Source: Squalus acanthias (taxonomy: Eukaryota). Taken from it: a stretch of 64,000 bases of DNA. Under the pieces are notes generated by a model. That model was not told where the DNA came from. It made no database searches and worked only from the letters and a program-made list of their open reading frames with translations. A program made the translations under genes and the position numbers. This document shows positions 24,579 to 37,939 of the stretch, piece by piece. Numbering within the stretch: the first letter of the stretch is position 1; every line of letters begins with the position of its first letter. The stretch lies in contig CM059430.1 of the NCBI GenBank assembly GCA_030390025.1, positions 75,702,001-75,766,000 on the forward strand, written 5' to 3'.

Positions 24579-26835
24579 GGCCTGAAATTTGCGGTCAGCG
24601 GTGAAAGAACAGCGCTCACCATTCATTACAGTTACAGTTGCGCACAGACGTTTCGTGGGCTTTTGATCGGCAATTTATGTTTGCTAGAGATCATTTTCAG
24701 CGCCGCACCCTCTACAGGGGATCTGTCGCATGTGTGAACAGGACGATTAACACCGAGTCTCTTCAACCAATCAGATTGAAGACTCACTGCAGGACGCTCC
24801 TAGCTCTGCTCAGCTGCATGCAGACGCTGAGCCTCGGGGGCCATCCAGAAAGAGAGCGATCCTGGAGGTGCAGCAAAAAGTGCAGGAGGCTTCGACAGGT
24901 TTTGCGACTGCGATGTCTGCAAATGTCCAGAGAATGGAGGAGTCCATCTCCAACATGAGCAGCACTGTGACGCAGTTGATGGTGACTGTATGCTCTTCAC
25001 TGGAAAAGATGGTCACCTGCAGGGAGCAGCTAATGTGTCACTCAGATGAGTACATAGGATCTATGGAGAATAGATGGCTATCTATGGAGAATAGATGGCA
25101 GACGCTCATAGACCTCCTCTCCCGGAGGGTTGTAAATGTAGGCCTGCGTCCCCATGGCCACAGTGATGTGCAGCAATGTGCCCTGCACTTCCTTGCTAGC
25201 AGGAAAGTGCTGGTGGCCCATGAGAGGGATGACGGTGAGAGGGGACATGGAAGTGGGGTCGCCTCTCAAAGCGCTCACACTTCTCCCCGTTTGCCTTCCC
25301 TCAGTCAGAGCCCCAAATGCCTCTTGGAATCACGATGGCCGAATCTGCCCCTGCACAGTTGCAGAAGGAGCAGACATTGGCTGGGCCATCACAGGCTCCA
25401 AGACCCAGAGGACGTCTGCCGAAAGGGTCTACGCAGTGAGGATGCTGCATGTACCTCTGCTGAAGACCCTGGGGTAGACCCTCGCAGATGCAAGCATAAG
25501 AGATAGGTGAAACACAAGTAGATGCACAAGGGCCAGCACTTGGGTGTTTTATGACACATCTTGTGGAAATGTGGCTTTCATTATATCTCTCCACAGATAC
25601 TGTACTTGGCCTCCTCAAGGTGACATGGGCTACGTCTTCAGTAGGAAGCCCTTGTCTCCAAGCAGGCAACCAGAATGTATGTTTGGAGGTGCGAAGAGCT
25701 GAGGGAGGGAGGACTGGTGCAGGACGAACGAATCACGGCAGCTGCCATGGAATTTGGCGAACACATGCATTATGATCCTCGTTTGGTTGCAGACCAGCTG
25801 CATATTGAGGGAGTGGAAGCCCTTGTGGTTGATAAAGACTCCTGTGTGGTGGTGGGGTCTCCTGATGGCCACATGTGTGAAGTCGATAACGCCCTGCACC
25901 CGTGGGAAGCCAGCCAGAGCGACAAAGGCGAACGCCTGCTCCAGTAACACTGGCTTTATCAGTGGCAACGTTGGCAGACTTGTCAAACAGAGCATCGGTG
26001 ACCTGTGCACTGCATCTGTGGGCGGCTGACTGCAAGATGCCACAAATGTCTGCTGCAGATCCCTGGAAGAAGCCTGAATTGAAGATGTTGAGGGTGCTGG
26101 TGACTTTGGCAGTCACTGGTAAGGCATGCCCACCCGCTCTTCTGGGCTGCAGGTCACTCTGCAAAAGTCTGTGATGAATGGCGCGATAGCCTGAGCCTCC
26201 TCTGTCACTGCTGCTCAGTCATGTTGAGGAAGCTCATTCTCTGACTGTAACCCCTGTGTTGGGGATTTTGCCACCGGCGTGGTGCAGCCCTGCGCTGATG
26301 CCCTCTGTCCTGTGGAGCATCAGGTGGTTGAGGAGTAGGTTTTGGTGATGTTGTTGTCAGTACAGCTGGTGTGCCAGGTGCTGCTGATGTTGGGGCTCAT
26401 TGTGGTCCGATTCTGAGACCAAGTTGAGACACTATGAATGGCACAATGCTGATGTAATAAATGGCAGGTCAAGTAGAGAAGCAATCTGCCAATTGTGTGA
26501 TAGGTTCTGCCAATGAGGAGACTGTGGATCTCGACTTTGCAGAAAACACTTGCAACCTGCAGAAAGCTAAATCTCTGATGACAATGCACTTAGCAACAGC
26601 ATCTGCCAGAGGAAAGTAACCAGGTGGGAGTATTTATTGTGCATTCCATGCTGTGCACTAATGAGTTCCTTCAATGGCCATTGAACTTCCGGCTTAGGTT
26701 CACAGACGTGGCTCCCGAGCTGCTTGGTTCATCTGGTCATCCAGTGAAATTGGAAAGGTAGGGTTAAAAAGACGCTTAAGGGTCTGCCATGTACCTAATA
26801 ATTATGTAAATTAGCTCGGCCACCTCTGCCGTTCA
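24579..26835. mobile_element. Decayed PIF/Harbinger with convergent Myb-like gene remnant (+) and HARBI1-like transposase (-)
   Basis: Minus strand: [47 protein letters not shown]; TIR-like GGCCTGAAATT. Confidence 0.85.
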
Positions 26836-26839
26836 GGTA

Positions 26840-27830
26840 CAAAAGCAAAATACTGCGGATGCTGGAAATCTGAAATAAAAACAGAAAATGTTGGAAATAC
26901 TCAGCAGGTCAGGCAGCATCTATGGAGAGAGATAAAGAGTTAACGTTTCAGGTCGAAGACCTTTCGTCAGAACTGGAAAAAGCTGGAGATGGAACAGGTT
27001 TTTAAGCTACTGAAGGAGCAGGGAAAGGGGGGAGGGGAGGAAAGAACAAAACGGAAGGTCTGTTATGGAATGGAAGGCAGGAGAGATTAGGAGACATTGA
27101 GAGAGATTAAGAGATAATGCAAGGCAAAAGGAGATGATATTGGGTCACGTTAAGAAACAAAATATGGCTCTAGATGATGTGTAAATGGCACTGGCAGAAT
27201 GAAAGACAGCTGCCATGTGGGAGAGAGAATAAAAATGGAACAAAAAGGATAAGGGCAGAGGTTATGGTCTGAAATTTTTGAACTCTATGTTGATTTCAGA
27301 AGGCTGTAAAGTGTCGAATCGAAAGATGAGGTGCTGTTCCTCGAGCGTACGTTGAGCTTCATTGGAACAGTGTAAGAGGCCGAGGACAGTGAGGTCTGAT
27401 TTGGAGTGGAGCGGAAAATTAAAGTGACAGGCAACCGGAAGCTCGGGGTCAGCCTTATGGACTGAACGAATGTGTTCTGCAAAGCGATCAGCAATCTGCA
27501 TTAGGTCTCCCCAATGTAGAGGAGACCGCATCGTGAGCAGCGAATACAATATAATAAATTGAAAGAACTACAAGTAAATCGCTGTTTCATCTGGAAGGAG
27601 TGTTTCGGGCCCTGGACAGTCAGGAAGGGAGGAGGTGAAAGGGCATGTGCTGTATCTCCTGCGCTTGCATGGGAGTATGCCGGGCGAAGGGGAAGAGGTG
27701 TTGGTGTTGGTAGATGAGTGGACCAGGGTGTCGCGGAGGGAGCGGTACCTTCAGAATGCTGAAAGGGGAGATGAGGGGAAGATGTGTTTGGTGGTCGGAT
27801 CACGCTGGAGGTGGCAGAAATGGCTGCGCT
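26840..27830 (-). mobile_element. Penelope-like element 3' end (GIY-YIG endonuclease plus pLTR)
   Basis: FTCSSFNLLYCIRCSRCGLLYIGET..RFAEHIRSV..PVACHFN..TLQPSEINIEF. Confidence 0.9.
26938..26974 (-). ncRNA. Minimal type I hammerhead ribozyme in the Penelope pLTR
   Basis: Minus strand AGTT-CTGACGA-A-AGGTC-TTC-GACCT-GAAA-CG-TT-AACT. Confidence 0.75.
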
Positions 27831-27964
27831 GGCAAACGCACCCGAGTGAAAGGCCCGTGGAGGCGGGATGTTGGCTGGTTCTCGACCCGCTCCAAATTAT
27901 TTTAACTTTCACTTCCGACCAGCCTCTATCCCAACCGCATGGACGCCGGAAAATTCCGGCCACA

Positions 27965-28490
27965 GATTCTCAACCAGGAAACATAAGCTTGAGGAGGACA
28001 TAAGTAAAACAAAGCTCAAAGTAATAAATCGAAAACAAACTGATTTTAAGAGGATGAGGATGGAACTAGGGAAAATAACTGGAAAAAGTGACTGACAATC
28101 AAAGAGTCAGAACAGCAGTGGGAAATAGTTAAAACAGAGATCAATAGAGTCCAGGGGAAATACATCAAAATAAAAAGCTAGAACAAACTAACCAGTAATG
28201 ACACACCATGGATGAATAAAGAAATAAAGGCAAAGTGAAACTAAAGAAAAAGGCAAACACTAATTACATAGAAAACAAAAGGAGAAAGATGACAACAGGG
28301 AATACGAGATGTTTAGAAAAGCAGTCAAAAAAACAATTAGGAAGGCAAAGAGAAACTACGAAATTAAATTATCAAGGAATATAAAAATAGTAAAGTATTC
28401 TACAGACACATAAATAACAACAGAAAAACCAGGATTGGGATAGGGCCACTGAGGAATACACACGATAAAGTCACAAGTAATGACAGCGAG
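27965..28490 (+). mobile_element. Degraded CR1-type ORF2 linker fragment
   Basis: A-rich; TPWMNKEI motif; FYRHINN. Confidence 0.6.
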
Positions 28491-30807
28491 ATGATTTGTA
28501 ACCAAGTGGGCATTTGGAACCATTTGCTGACGTACATTTATACTTATTTTAAAATCCAATATGTGTTATTTTTTCCGATATGCACTCCATGCGTTATTGG
28601 GTCTCTATTGAATAATTTATGTTATTTAACCTGAATTTATAGACCGAATGTCTGATAAAAATATTAAATTAGCAATACTGGATTTCTGGGTTGGCCACTA
28701 CAGACAGTTAGTTAAGGAAATGACTTCAAGACTCCCGGAACGCCCGACATGAGATTGTCGTGTCACAATGGGTATGTTGAGTTCCTCGCCCATCACAGAG
28801 AATGATAGTTTGAGCGGCATCTGACTTAATAAGGAGAGACCGTTAAGTGTTACTTGTAATAACGGTAACCGGATTTGTTATGTTAACTACTGAGAACATA
28901 AATATATTGGATAGTTATGAAAACCTAGTTAAAATAGAAATAATTAACGTAATGATGCCTTTGGAGGAGTCATTTTAATGTAATATTGGACCCCAAAATC
29001 TAGAGAGGCCTAATGTGATCCTGCTTTGCCTCCTCTATTTTATGTGCATGAAACAGGGTGCGGCAACATTAAGTTTCATTTTATATGAGTTCAACAAATA
29101 TGGTTCAGTCTTCCGCCATAGGAATATGCTGCACAATTTTACAGAAATATGAAGGGTGGTGATAATTGTAATCAATCAATTAATGATTCATGTTTGTTTC
29201 AATAGATTTGCATTTCCTATGGATAGAAATTGTTCTATTTTGGAAACCCTCTGCTGATCCAGTTATGCATTGTGCCTGAGGTGCTGTCGTTAAATGTAAC
29301 AATGTTTAAAATCGGAAATACGTTTGTGCCTTTCCTGCAGCTGTAGGTTCTTCCGCCCTCCTTCTTACAGACCATTTTATGGTCACGAGAGGCGAGTAAT
29401 CCCTTACTTCGAATCTTCACAGTCATTAAGAATTCAAGATCAAATCTTCAACTCGACTTGCAAATTGTTCACTTACTAATTATTCAAGTTCAATTACTGA
29501 GCGTAAAGGAATGTGGTCAGTTGAAATTGTTCGAATTAAATAAGAATGATTAATCAATGAAGAGAAGCAAGGAGTAATGGACACCATCGTGCGTTAGGAC
29601 CCAGGAACTTATATTTTCAAACATACCAGTAAATTTGATTCCAAGTCCTATGTTTTCATGGGTGGAATTGTTAAGGAGCTGATTGAAATTACAGAAACTC
29701 CCTGCTACGGCAACAGATTTCTGGGAGAGAAGACACAAAACCCAGACATGGTGCTGCAATAGGATGGCGCAGTAGGATGCTCGTGGTAGCTTCAGTCAGT
29801 AATGTGTGTATCATTAATTATAATAATATGAGTGGTGAGATGGCTCCGGAAGCAAGTGAAATAAATGAAGAATTTGATGGAAACTGTGAAAGAGATAATT
29901 GAGTGTGGAATCATGGGGAAAGTATTTTCCTCGAGTACCAAGTAGGGGAATGTAGGATAGTGTATAATATAATATTAACAGCTTGGAATGGATAAAGGAT
30001 ACCATGGGCTAATTAGTGTTGGAATGCATAACTACAAACAAGATTCATATACGGAGAGTGGACTAATTAGCAGTTAGTACATTATTAGTAGAGTAGTGAC
30101 ATATATCTGCAAGTCCCGAAATTCTACACAAAAAAGGAAATCCCATCGGGGCTCTCAGAGACATCCATAACTGTGCACGTGGAAAAGCCACTCTGCTGCG
30201 AACTTTTAGGCATGCAGCTTCAAGGCTCCTTGGAATAGGGGTCACAGCCCCTTAGGTGTCTCCCATATATATAGTTAGGATAAAATGCATTCATTATTAT
30301 TCATTAGCTCCCATTAACTGTCAGATCTCTTTCTGTGCCAAGAACAGAACTTTCCAGGTCTTACAGCGCTGTAGATTCGGAGTTCTATCTTACTTCTTTC
30401 GCTGGGTAAGCACGAATCATCTGTCCATCCCCCTTCCAAAAGGCCACCTATTCTCCACCCTTCCAACTTTCACTACTCTTTGCTCATCCACCTTTTAATT
30501 GGCAATTATTAATTGTTTCTGCTGCAACCTACAGCTACAGACATAGTGCCCACTTTGCATCCTGTATTTACTACAAGTGAAGTATATGTTCTCCCCTTGC
30601 GTCTCCTCCCACTATGACTATAGCGCTATTATATACTACAGTTAGCATAGAGGGCTACAGTAAAGGAGAACGGGTAGAAATCGCATTGGGTGTGATCCAG
30701 CATACCATCTGGTGAGAAGTAGTGTGTAGAGCATTAACAATATAAAAGTCAGTTTTAATGTCTGTGTATTATGAGAATGCCTTCTGTGTGATAGAGGGTT
30801 AGATACT

Positions 30808-31568
30808 GGCCCAGAAATTAAAAATGGATGTTTCCCGCGGGGGTAAGAATTCCCCGCGATATCGCACTCCGTGCCTACCTTTTTGCTCCGGGCCCACACA
30901 AACATTAGTTTCAAAGGCTCTCTCTGTTGGAACCGTGCAGTGCTTGCGTGTCCCTGAGGCGCAATTAGTTCGTGCGAGCACTGGGATCACGTGATTCAGT
31001 TAGAGCCAATGGCAGCACACCATCTTTCATTCATAGTTTTGACGGCAAGAGCTGTCAAAGCTATGAATACTACAAACCCCCAAAAGAACAGCTAAACCTC
31101 AATTAAATTTTAAAAAAGCCATCACATTAATAAAATAAGTATAGTTAAATAAATTAACCACTTTAAACAAAAAATAAAATTTTTGAAAAAATTTAAAATC
31201 TTTTAAAAGTTATAAAAATAAACTTACCTTTCTTTAAATTCTCTAAAACAGATAAACCTGATGAAAACAATTAAAAATAACACTTAATTAACTACTTACC
31301 TTGTTAAAAGGGGGTCCTACGCCTGCTTTCTTTGTGTGTAAAATCTTCACCACTTAACTGCGCGTTCAAAGCTGAAAAAAAAACTAAGTGCACTGCGTAC
31401 GCACAGCCTGTAGTGCGCACGCGGTTCACTTAGGAACCGCCCCCTTTTCAATTCACGAAGTGCTGGTTTCCCGCGCATGCGCAGTGCATGCAGGAAACGG
31501 CAATTCGGGATCTAATACGCCAGAGTACACAGTGCGTACTCTCGCGTATTAGGTTTAATTTTCGGGCC
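30808..31568. mobile_element. Harbinger-type MITE (inverted relative to 49420-50159)
   Basis: TIR GGCCCAGAAATT / AATTTTCGGGCC; close reverse-complement match to 49420-50159. Confidence 0.85.
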
Positions 31569-31574
31569 TATGTC

Positions 31575-33250
31575 TTTTTTATTCGTTCCGGGATGTGGGC
31601 GTCGCTGGCAAAGCCTACATTTATTGTCCATCCCTAATTGTCCTTGAGAAGATGGTGATGAGCCGCCTTCTTGAACCGCTACAGTCCTTGTGGTGAAGTA
31701 ACTCCCACAGTTCTGTTAGGGAGGGAGTTCCAGGATTTTGACCCAGCAATGATGAAGGAATGGCTATATATTTCCAAGTCAGGATGATGTGTAATTTTGA
31801 GGGGAACTTGGAGGTGATAGTTTTCCCAGGTGCCTGTTGCCTTTCTCCATTTAGGTGGTAGGGGTCGCGGGTTTCGGAGGTGCTGCCGAAGGAGCCTTGG
31901 CGAGTTGCTGCAGTGCATCTTGTAGATGGTACAGACTGCAGCCACGGTGCGCCGGTGGTGGAGGGAATGAATGTTTAAGGTGTTGGATGAGGTGCCAATC
32001 AAGCGGGCTGCTTTGTGCTGGATGGTGTCGAGCTTTTTGAGTGTCGTTGGAGCTGCACTCATCCAGGCAACTGGAGAGTATTCCATCACACTCCTTACTT
32101 GTGCCGTGCAGATGGTGGGAAGGCTTTGGGGATTCAGGAAGTGAGATACTCGTCGCAGAATAACCAGCTTCTGATCCGCTCTTGTAGCCACAGTATTGAT
32201 GTGCATGGTTCAGTTACGTTTCTGATCAATGGTGACCCTCAAGATGTTGATGGTGGGGGATTCGGCGATGGTAATGCCGTTGAGTGTCATGGGGAAGTGT
32301 TCAGACTCTCGTTTGTTGGAGATAGTCATCGCCTGCCACTTGTCTGGTGCAAATATTACTTACCATTGCAGCACAAGCCTGAATGTCGTCCAGATCTTGC
32401 TGCATGCGGGCATGGACTGTTTCATTTTCTGAGGAGTTGTGAATGAAACTGAACACTGCAATCATCAGAGAACATCCCCACTTCTGACCTTATGAAGGAG
32501 GGAAGGTGGTTGGGCCTAGAACACTACCTTGAGGAACTCCTGCAGCGATGTACTAAGGTTGAGATGATTGACCACCAACAACCACAACCATCTTCCGTTG
32601 TGCTAGGTATGACTCCAACCAGTGGAGACTTTTCCCCGATTCACATTGACTTCACTTTTACGAGGGCTCCTTGATGCCACACTCGGTCAAATGCTGCCTT
32701 GATATCACTCTTACCTCACCTCTGGAATTCAGCTCTTTTTTCCATGTCTGGATCAAGGCTGTAATGAGGTCTGGAATCGAGTGGTCCTGGCTGAACCTAA
32801 ACTGAGCATCGGTACGGAGGGTATTAGTGAGTAATTCTGCTTAATAGCACTGTCGACGACCCCTTCCATCAGTTTGCTGCTGAATGAGATTAGACTGATT
32901 GGGTGGTAATTGGCAGGATTAGATTTGTTCTGCTTTTTGTGGACAGGACATACCTGGGCAGTTTTCCACATTGTCGGGTAGATGCCAGTGTTGTAGCCTT
33001 ACTGGAACAAGTTTTCTACAGGCGCGGCTGGTTCTGGAGCACAAGTCTTCAGCACGACAGCCAGGATGTTGTCGTGGCCCATAGCCTTTGCTGTATCCAG
33101 TGTACTCAGCTGTTTCTTGATATCACGTGGTGTGAATCGAATTCGGCTAAAGACTGGCTTCTGTGATGGTGGGGACCTCAGGAGGAGGCCGATATGGATC
33201 ATCCACTCGGCACTTCTGGCTGAAAATGGTTGCAAACGCTTCAGCCTTGT
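31575..33250 (-). mobile_element. LINE 3' portion of a second CR1/L2-group family
   Basis: WKTAQVCPVHKK..NPANYHPISL; QVRSVMEYSPVAWMSAAPTTLKKLDTIQHKAARLI; A-rich tail. Confidence 0.85.
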
Positions 33251-33320
33251 ACGTTATGATTCAGCAGGCCAAAGCTCAGTAAGCAGGATGTGTTGTTAGT
33301 GTAACAACTTGGAGACAGCA

Positions 33321-33480
33321 GGGGTAATTTGAACAGATAGTGTTAAATGTATGATATCGCACACCCTATAAACACATCTCCCATTGAGTTCAATGAGAAT
33401 AAAATCAGGAGAGATGATTAACGGGTAGCCGAACCGATTTTTTCCTGTTTTACACTATTGTTCAAAGTCAAAATTACCCT
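33321..33480. mobile_element. Short old hairpin MITE; similar copies near 8682-8842, 38860-38985, 42552-42690
   Basis: GGGGTAATTT..AAATTACCC termini with internal self-complementarity. Confidence 0.5.
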
Positions 33481-33579
33481 CAACATTCCTGGCCTGTTGG
33501 CTTTTTCCTGGGGAAATTGTGAATCGTATCTATCTATTTAAGCCAAATAACGAGATAAGGAAATAAAATGAAGGCAGAC

Positions 33580-33808
33580 ACATCTTATGATCTGGAATGT
33601 ACTGAATGAAAGGATGGTGGAAGCATATTCATTTAGTAACTTTCAAAAGGGAAATGGATCAATACTTGAAGGGATAAAATGCAGGGCTGTGGGAAAAGAG
33701 CGGGGAGTGGGACTAATGATATAATCCTTTCAATGAGCCGGCAGAGGCACGATGGGCCGAATGGTCGGATTCTGTGCTGTATCATTCTATACTTCCATGA
33801 TTCTATGA
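33580..33808 (+). mobile_element. CR1-type 3' end fragment
   Basis: ATGATTCTATGA tail; LINE 3' UTR similarity. Confidence 0.65.
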
Positions 33809-34639
33809 TGCTGTCCACATTCCCGCCGAAATAATTTTCACATTCAAGTGAACATGAAATATATGCGGTACAACATTGCCACCTGTTGGTGCAGTATCAT
33901 ATGACACACAAGGATAACATGACAGCAGTCTTGGAGTTGATGGCGCATATGTTGACTTTGTGCAACAGCGTGAAACGGGTGATAGCAAGTCAGCAGCCCG
34001 TTTTGCATATTTCCGAAGTTTATTTCCAGATCGCATAAAGTCAAGATCTACCCCAATATGTGCGAAACAAATTAACTGATGTTTCATAGATCTGTCCATC
34101 AGATCTATAAATATCAGTGAGTTTAAGAACAAGTGGAGACTCAAAACTGCAAAGCGCTTCGAGCGGTGTCGTACTCAGTGTGTTGTCTTTAGCTACGAAT
34201 TATCAATCAGGTATATCACTGCCATGAGATTCTGTATGAATCTGTTCGTTATAATAGGGTATTCGAATAACGATAAGGAGCAGGAGTTATACTGCTAGAC
34301 CTGCACTCTTATAAAATCCACCAACAGAGGGGGGTTACGGTAGTGTAGTGAGGATGTGAGCCCAGCTGATTCACAGAGTCTGAGGTGGCTTGTTTATAGC
34401 GGAGAAAGAAAATAAAGACTGATATTTTTATAGCTCCATTCACGACCTCAGGACATCCGAAAGCGCTTTATTGCGAATGAAGTACTCTTGATGGGCAGTC
34501 ACTGCTGCAAAGTAGGAATTAGGGTGGCGAATTTCCGCACAGCTAGGTAGCACAAACAGTAATTAAATAAATGGCCAGATAATGGCCTTTTTCTGTGCTG
34601 TATCATACTATCCTACTCTGATAATCTGTTTTAGTGATG

Positions 34640-35745
34640 TTGGTTGATCTTGCTGTGTGGAACGAACAAGGGCATTGGCGGAGTGGTTGCCGATGAGAGA
34701 GGACAGCAAGTGCCTCTCCAATGTAGCCAAGTCCACTCTCCTGGAACTGTGACTGAGCATTCCTATGGATCTGTGCAAAAACTGAGTACAGGAATTTTGT
34801 GCCACTTTTGAAGGCCCTGTCAGCATTGACTCCCACAGCCAAGTTGACACCAGGTTAAGCTTCCATAGCAGCAGGAGAGCTGTCATGGGGACTATCAGAC
34901 CTGTCAACAGTAGCTTCATCATGGTGGGAGTCACTGTCGTCTTCATGGAGCTTGTCACTCAGTCCATATTAGATAGCATGGTCTCCATGCACTGCGTCAA
35001 GCCCTGGCACAAATGGAAGCTGGAATTCTCCTTGCACTAAGCCTTTCCACGCAAGCCTACTTGGAGAATGGCCAATGCACCTAGCATTTGCTGATGTTTT
35101 CCCTTCTTCGGCAGTCTGGGCACACGAATTCAGCATCTAAGCCCTCTGTTGCAGAGATAGCATGTGATCTCGCACTCCTGCTATCTGCCACCTTTGGCAT
35201 CCTATCCCCTGCCTTAGCTCCTGCACACCTATTGCCGGTGATTCAGCATGTGAAGGCTCCCTCCTCTGGGATTCTCTCTCCAGCAAGCATAGTGCCAGTT
35301 TCGGTGATGCTGCTTGCTAAAGTCAGATCGAGTGACGCTGCATCTTCATGAAGGCTTGCCTCCTCTTCCTGAAGTGGCAGAGGTGTGTTCACATTTTCAT
35401 CATCTGAAATGAAAGAGAGGGACAAGGGTTAACTTTTAGTGTGACGGGAGAGCAGAGACTGAAATGGGTAGTGAAAGCAGCTGCAGTTTGTCATGCAGAG
35501 TGTGAAGGGTGAGATAGAAGCAGGAAAGGAAAATGAGGGCAAGTTGTGAAGAAGCCCTGTGCGGCCTCTCCTCCAGCGTTACAATTCCCTCAAGAGCTGA
35601 ATCTGCCCATGCCCATGATGGCCAGCACAAGGAACTTAATGTGCAGACAAACTCGGCCACCTCCTTGTAAGATATAGTTGTTCGATTCATAGATTGGGTT
35701 TTAATTCTTAGAAATAAGACTGACAACAAACTGAAATGCAGCCAG
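34640..35745 (-). mobile_element. Harbinger Myb-like gene remnant
   Basis: EEEASLHEDAASLDLTLASS, similar to the other Harbinger second-gene remnants here. Confidence 0.5.
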
Positions 35746-35751
35746 GAATAC

Positions 35752-36342
35752 TTTTTTATTCGCTTTTATGGGATGTGGGCGTCACTGGCAAGGCCAGCAT
35801 TTATTGCCCATCCCTAATTTCCCTTGAGAAGGTGGTGGTGAGCCGCCTTCCTGAAACACTGCAAACCGTGTGGTAAAGGTACTCCCACAGTGCTGTTAGG
35901 TAGGGTGTTCCAGGATTTTGACCCAACAACGATGAAGGATCGTCGATATACTTTTCAGTCAGGATGGTGTGTGACTTGGAGGGGAACTTGGAGGTGGTGG
36001 TGTTCCCATGCGTCTGCTGCCCTTGTCACTCTAGGTGGAAGAGTTTGCGGGTTTGGGAGGTGCTGCCGAAGAAGCCTTGGCTAGTTGCTGCAGTTCATCT
36101 TGTAGATGGTACACCCTGCAGCCACGGCACTTCGGTGGTGGAGGGAGTGAATGTTTAAGGTGGTAGATGGGGTGCCAATCAAACGGGCTGCTTTGTCCTG
36201 GATGGTGTCGAGCTACTTGAGTGTTGTTGGAGCTGCACTCATCCAGGCAAGTGGAGAGTACTTCATCAGACTACTTACTTGTGCCTTGTAGATGGTAGAA
36301 AGGCTTTGGGGAGTCAGGAGATGAAACACGCGCCGCAGAATA
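35752..36342 (-). mobile_element. LINE 3' fragment, same family as 31575-33250
   Basis: Nucleotide similarity; YSPLAWMSAAPTTLK. Confidence 0.85.
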
Positions 36343-36344
36343 TA

Positions 36345-36740
36345 TGGCTGGAATGCCAGTGAGCTCGAATAACAAACGCCAAAGGACAAATGGAAGTGAT
36401 TAGGAGATCGGAAAATGCAAGACAACCAGAGGTGGTTAGAATCAATGATAGAACACATTCAGAAAACAAATACGTTCTTAGCCTAGCAGACCGGGAAAAG
36501 CCAACAACAGATAAAAAAGTACTTTGACAAAAAGGTTCAGCCTTTCGAGTATCAAGTTGGGGATATGGTTATGCTCCTGAACTACCGAAGAAGGGAACAT
36601 GCATTCGAACCCATATGGGTGGGACCCTGACCGATCATAGAACGAGCCAGCCCCGCGTTATACTTGGTCTAGATCCCGGATAAGAGGGAAGGGAAAAAGC
36701 CTAGGTGGTACCACATTAATCAGGTGTGCAGGAGCTAAGG
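36345..36740 (+). mobile_element. Gypsy/Gin-type integrase C-terminal (GPY/F module) remnant
   Basis: KKYFDKKVQPFEYQVGDMVML..FEPIWVGP*PIIE..LYLV*I..WYHINQV. Confidence 0.75.
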
Positions 36741-37559
36741 CAGGGACTGTTATAAGTTAATGGATGAATCATAGTGACAACTTCTAGCATACCTTACAAT
36801 GAACTGTATGATCGCTTGCAAGTGGTCGCACACAATCTGTACATTGAGAGACTGGAAACTTCTCCTGTCGAAAAAAATGATCTCTTGGGGGTAGAACATC
36901 ATGTCAGCCTGAGTCACAAAACCAACCCTTTGGACTTATGGATAATCACCTCGCCGAGAGTCAGAGATGACCTGGTGGTGGAAGATAGTTTCAGGTGTGG
37001 CTTCTTATGCAGAGAATCTTTCATAAGTGCAGCCTCCTCAGACAGATCTCTTGAGTGACATCTTGGAAAGAGGATTTATCTAGATCTTATCGTGCTCCTT
37101 TGATGGCAAATTAAGTTTGCTTCCCTGTAATGCACTTCCTCCTGCTCCGGTTAAGACTCTGTAGAGAAAAATCCCCTTTGGAAACCCATTAAGTGAAGCT
37201 TATGTGAGTTCGAGTGAAAATATTTTCTTCCAACCACAAAGCCATACAAAGACAGATCGAAGGTCGGCTTGCTTTCATAAATTGCCAACTTATTGGTCGC
37301 TCTTGCAGAACCAATAACGTCTTTTAAAAATTTACTTCCACCTCGATTCTCGGCTGTAGGTATCGACCCGAGCGTCAGACGGGGCAAACCTGGCATGAAT
37401 GACGGCTTTGGAATGGTTGGTGACATCCTGTTACACCTGTCATTTTCTTATCACCGTCAATCGGGGTGCCGGTCATTCTTACCACCCCTTCCACTTCTAA
37501 GAAAGCGCACAAGGGCCGGTATTTCATGACGTCCGATTCCCACCGTTTACCTCCCCCCA

Positions 37560-37650
37560 GCCCAGATTGGGCAGGTTTCGCGAATAAATTCAGAGGAAAT
37601 TCTATACCAGGTTGTCACGCTTAAGTGTGACGTCTTGCATTTCCTGCTCT
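37560..37650 (+). promoter_or_regulatory. Candidate proximal promoter of gene B
   Basis: ATTGG (CCAAT), GAGGAA and TTCCTG (ETS), TGACGTC (CRE-like), 70-150 nt upstream of the ATG. Confidence 0.3.
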
Positions 37651-37715
37651 TCAACGCTCTTACGAACCATCAGCCAGTTCACGGTCTGTCGCTCCGAGTG
37701 ATCAATTGGTTCAGA

Positions 37716-37770
37716 ATGTTGGCGACTGCTGTACTTCAATGTCTCTCTGTTCTGGTACTCATGTTCACAG
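37716..37770 (+). CDS. Gene B leader exon (MLATAVLQCLSVLVLMFT), intact
   Basis: Hydrophobic peptide, 55 nt, phase-1 donor ACAG|GTACCT, 169-nt intron. Confidence 0.8.
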
Positions 37771-37939
37771 GTACCTGTTGTTTCCATACCTTGCATTCTC
37801 GCTAAAACGTGGAGTTGCTTAACTTCCATTTGATACAACGTGTTTCATTGTCCTTTGCACACATTGCCTGACTCAATTACACTCTCGCTTTTCTGTGTAA
37901 TATTCTCAATAATTCGGTTTTGATTTTCTTTCCCGATAG

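Noticed and set aside
25059-25099. 21-bp tandem duplication (SMENRW twice)
   Set aside because: Local slippage within a decayed transposon
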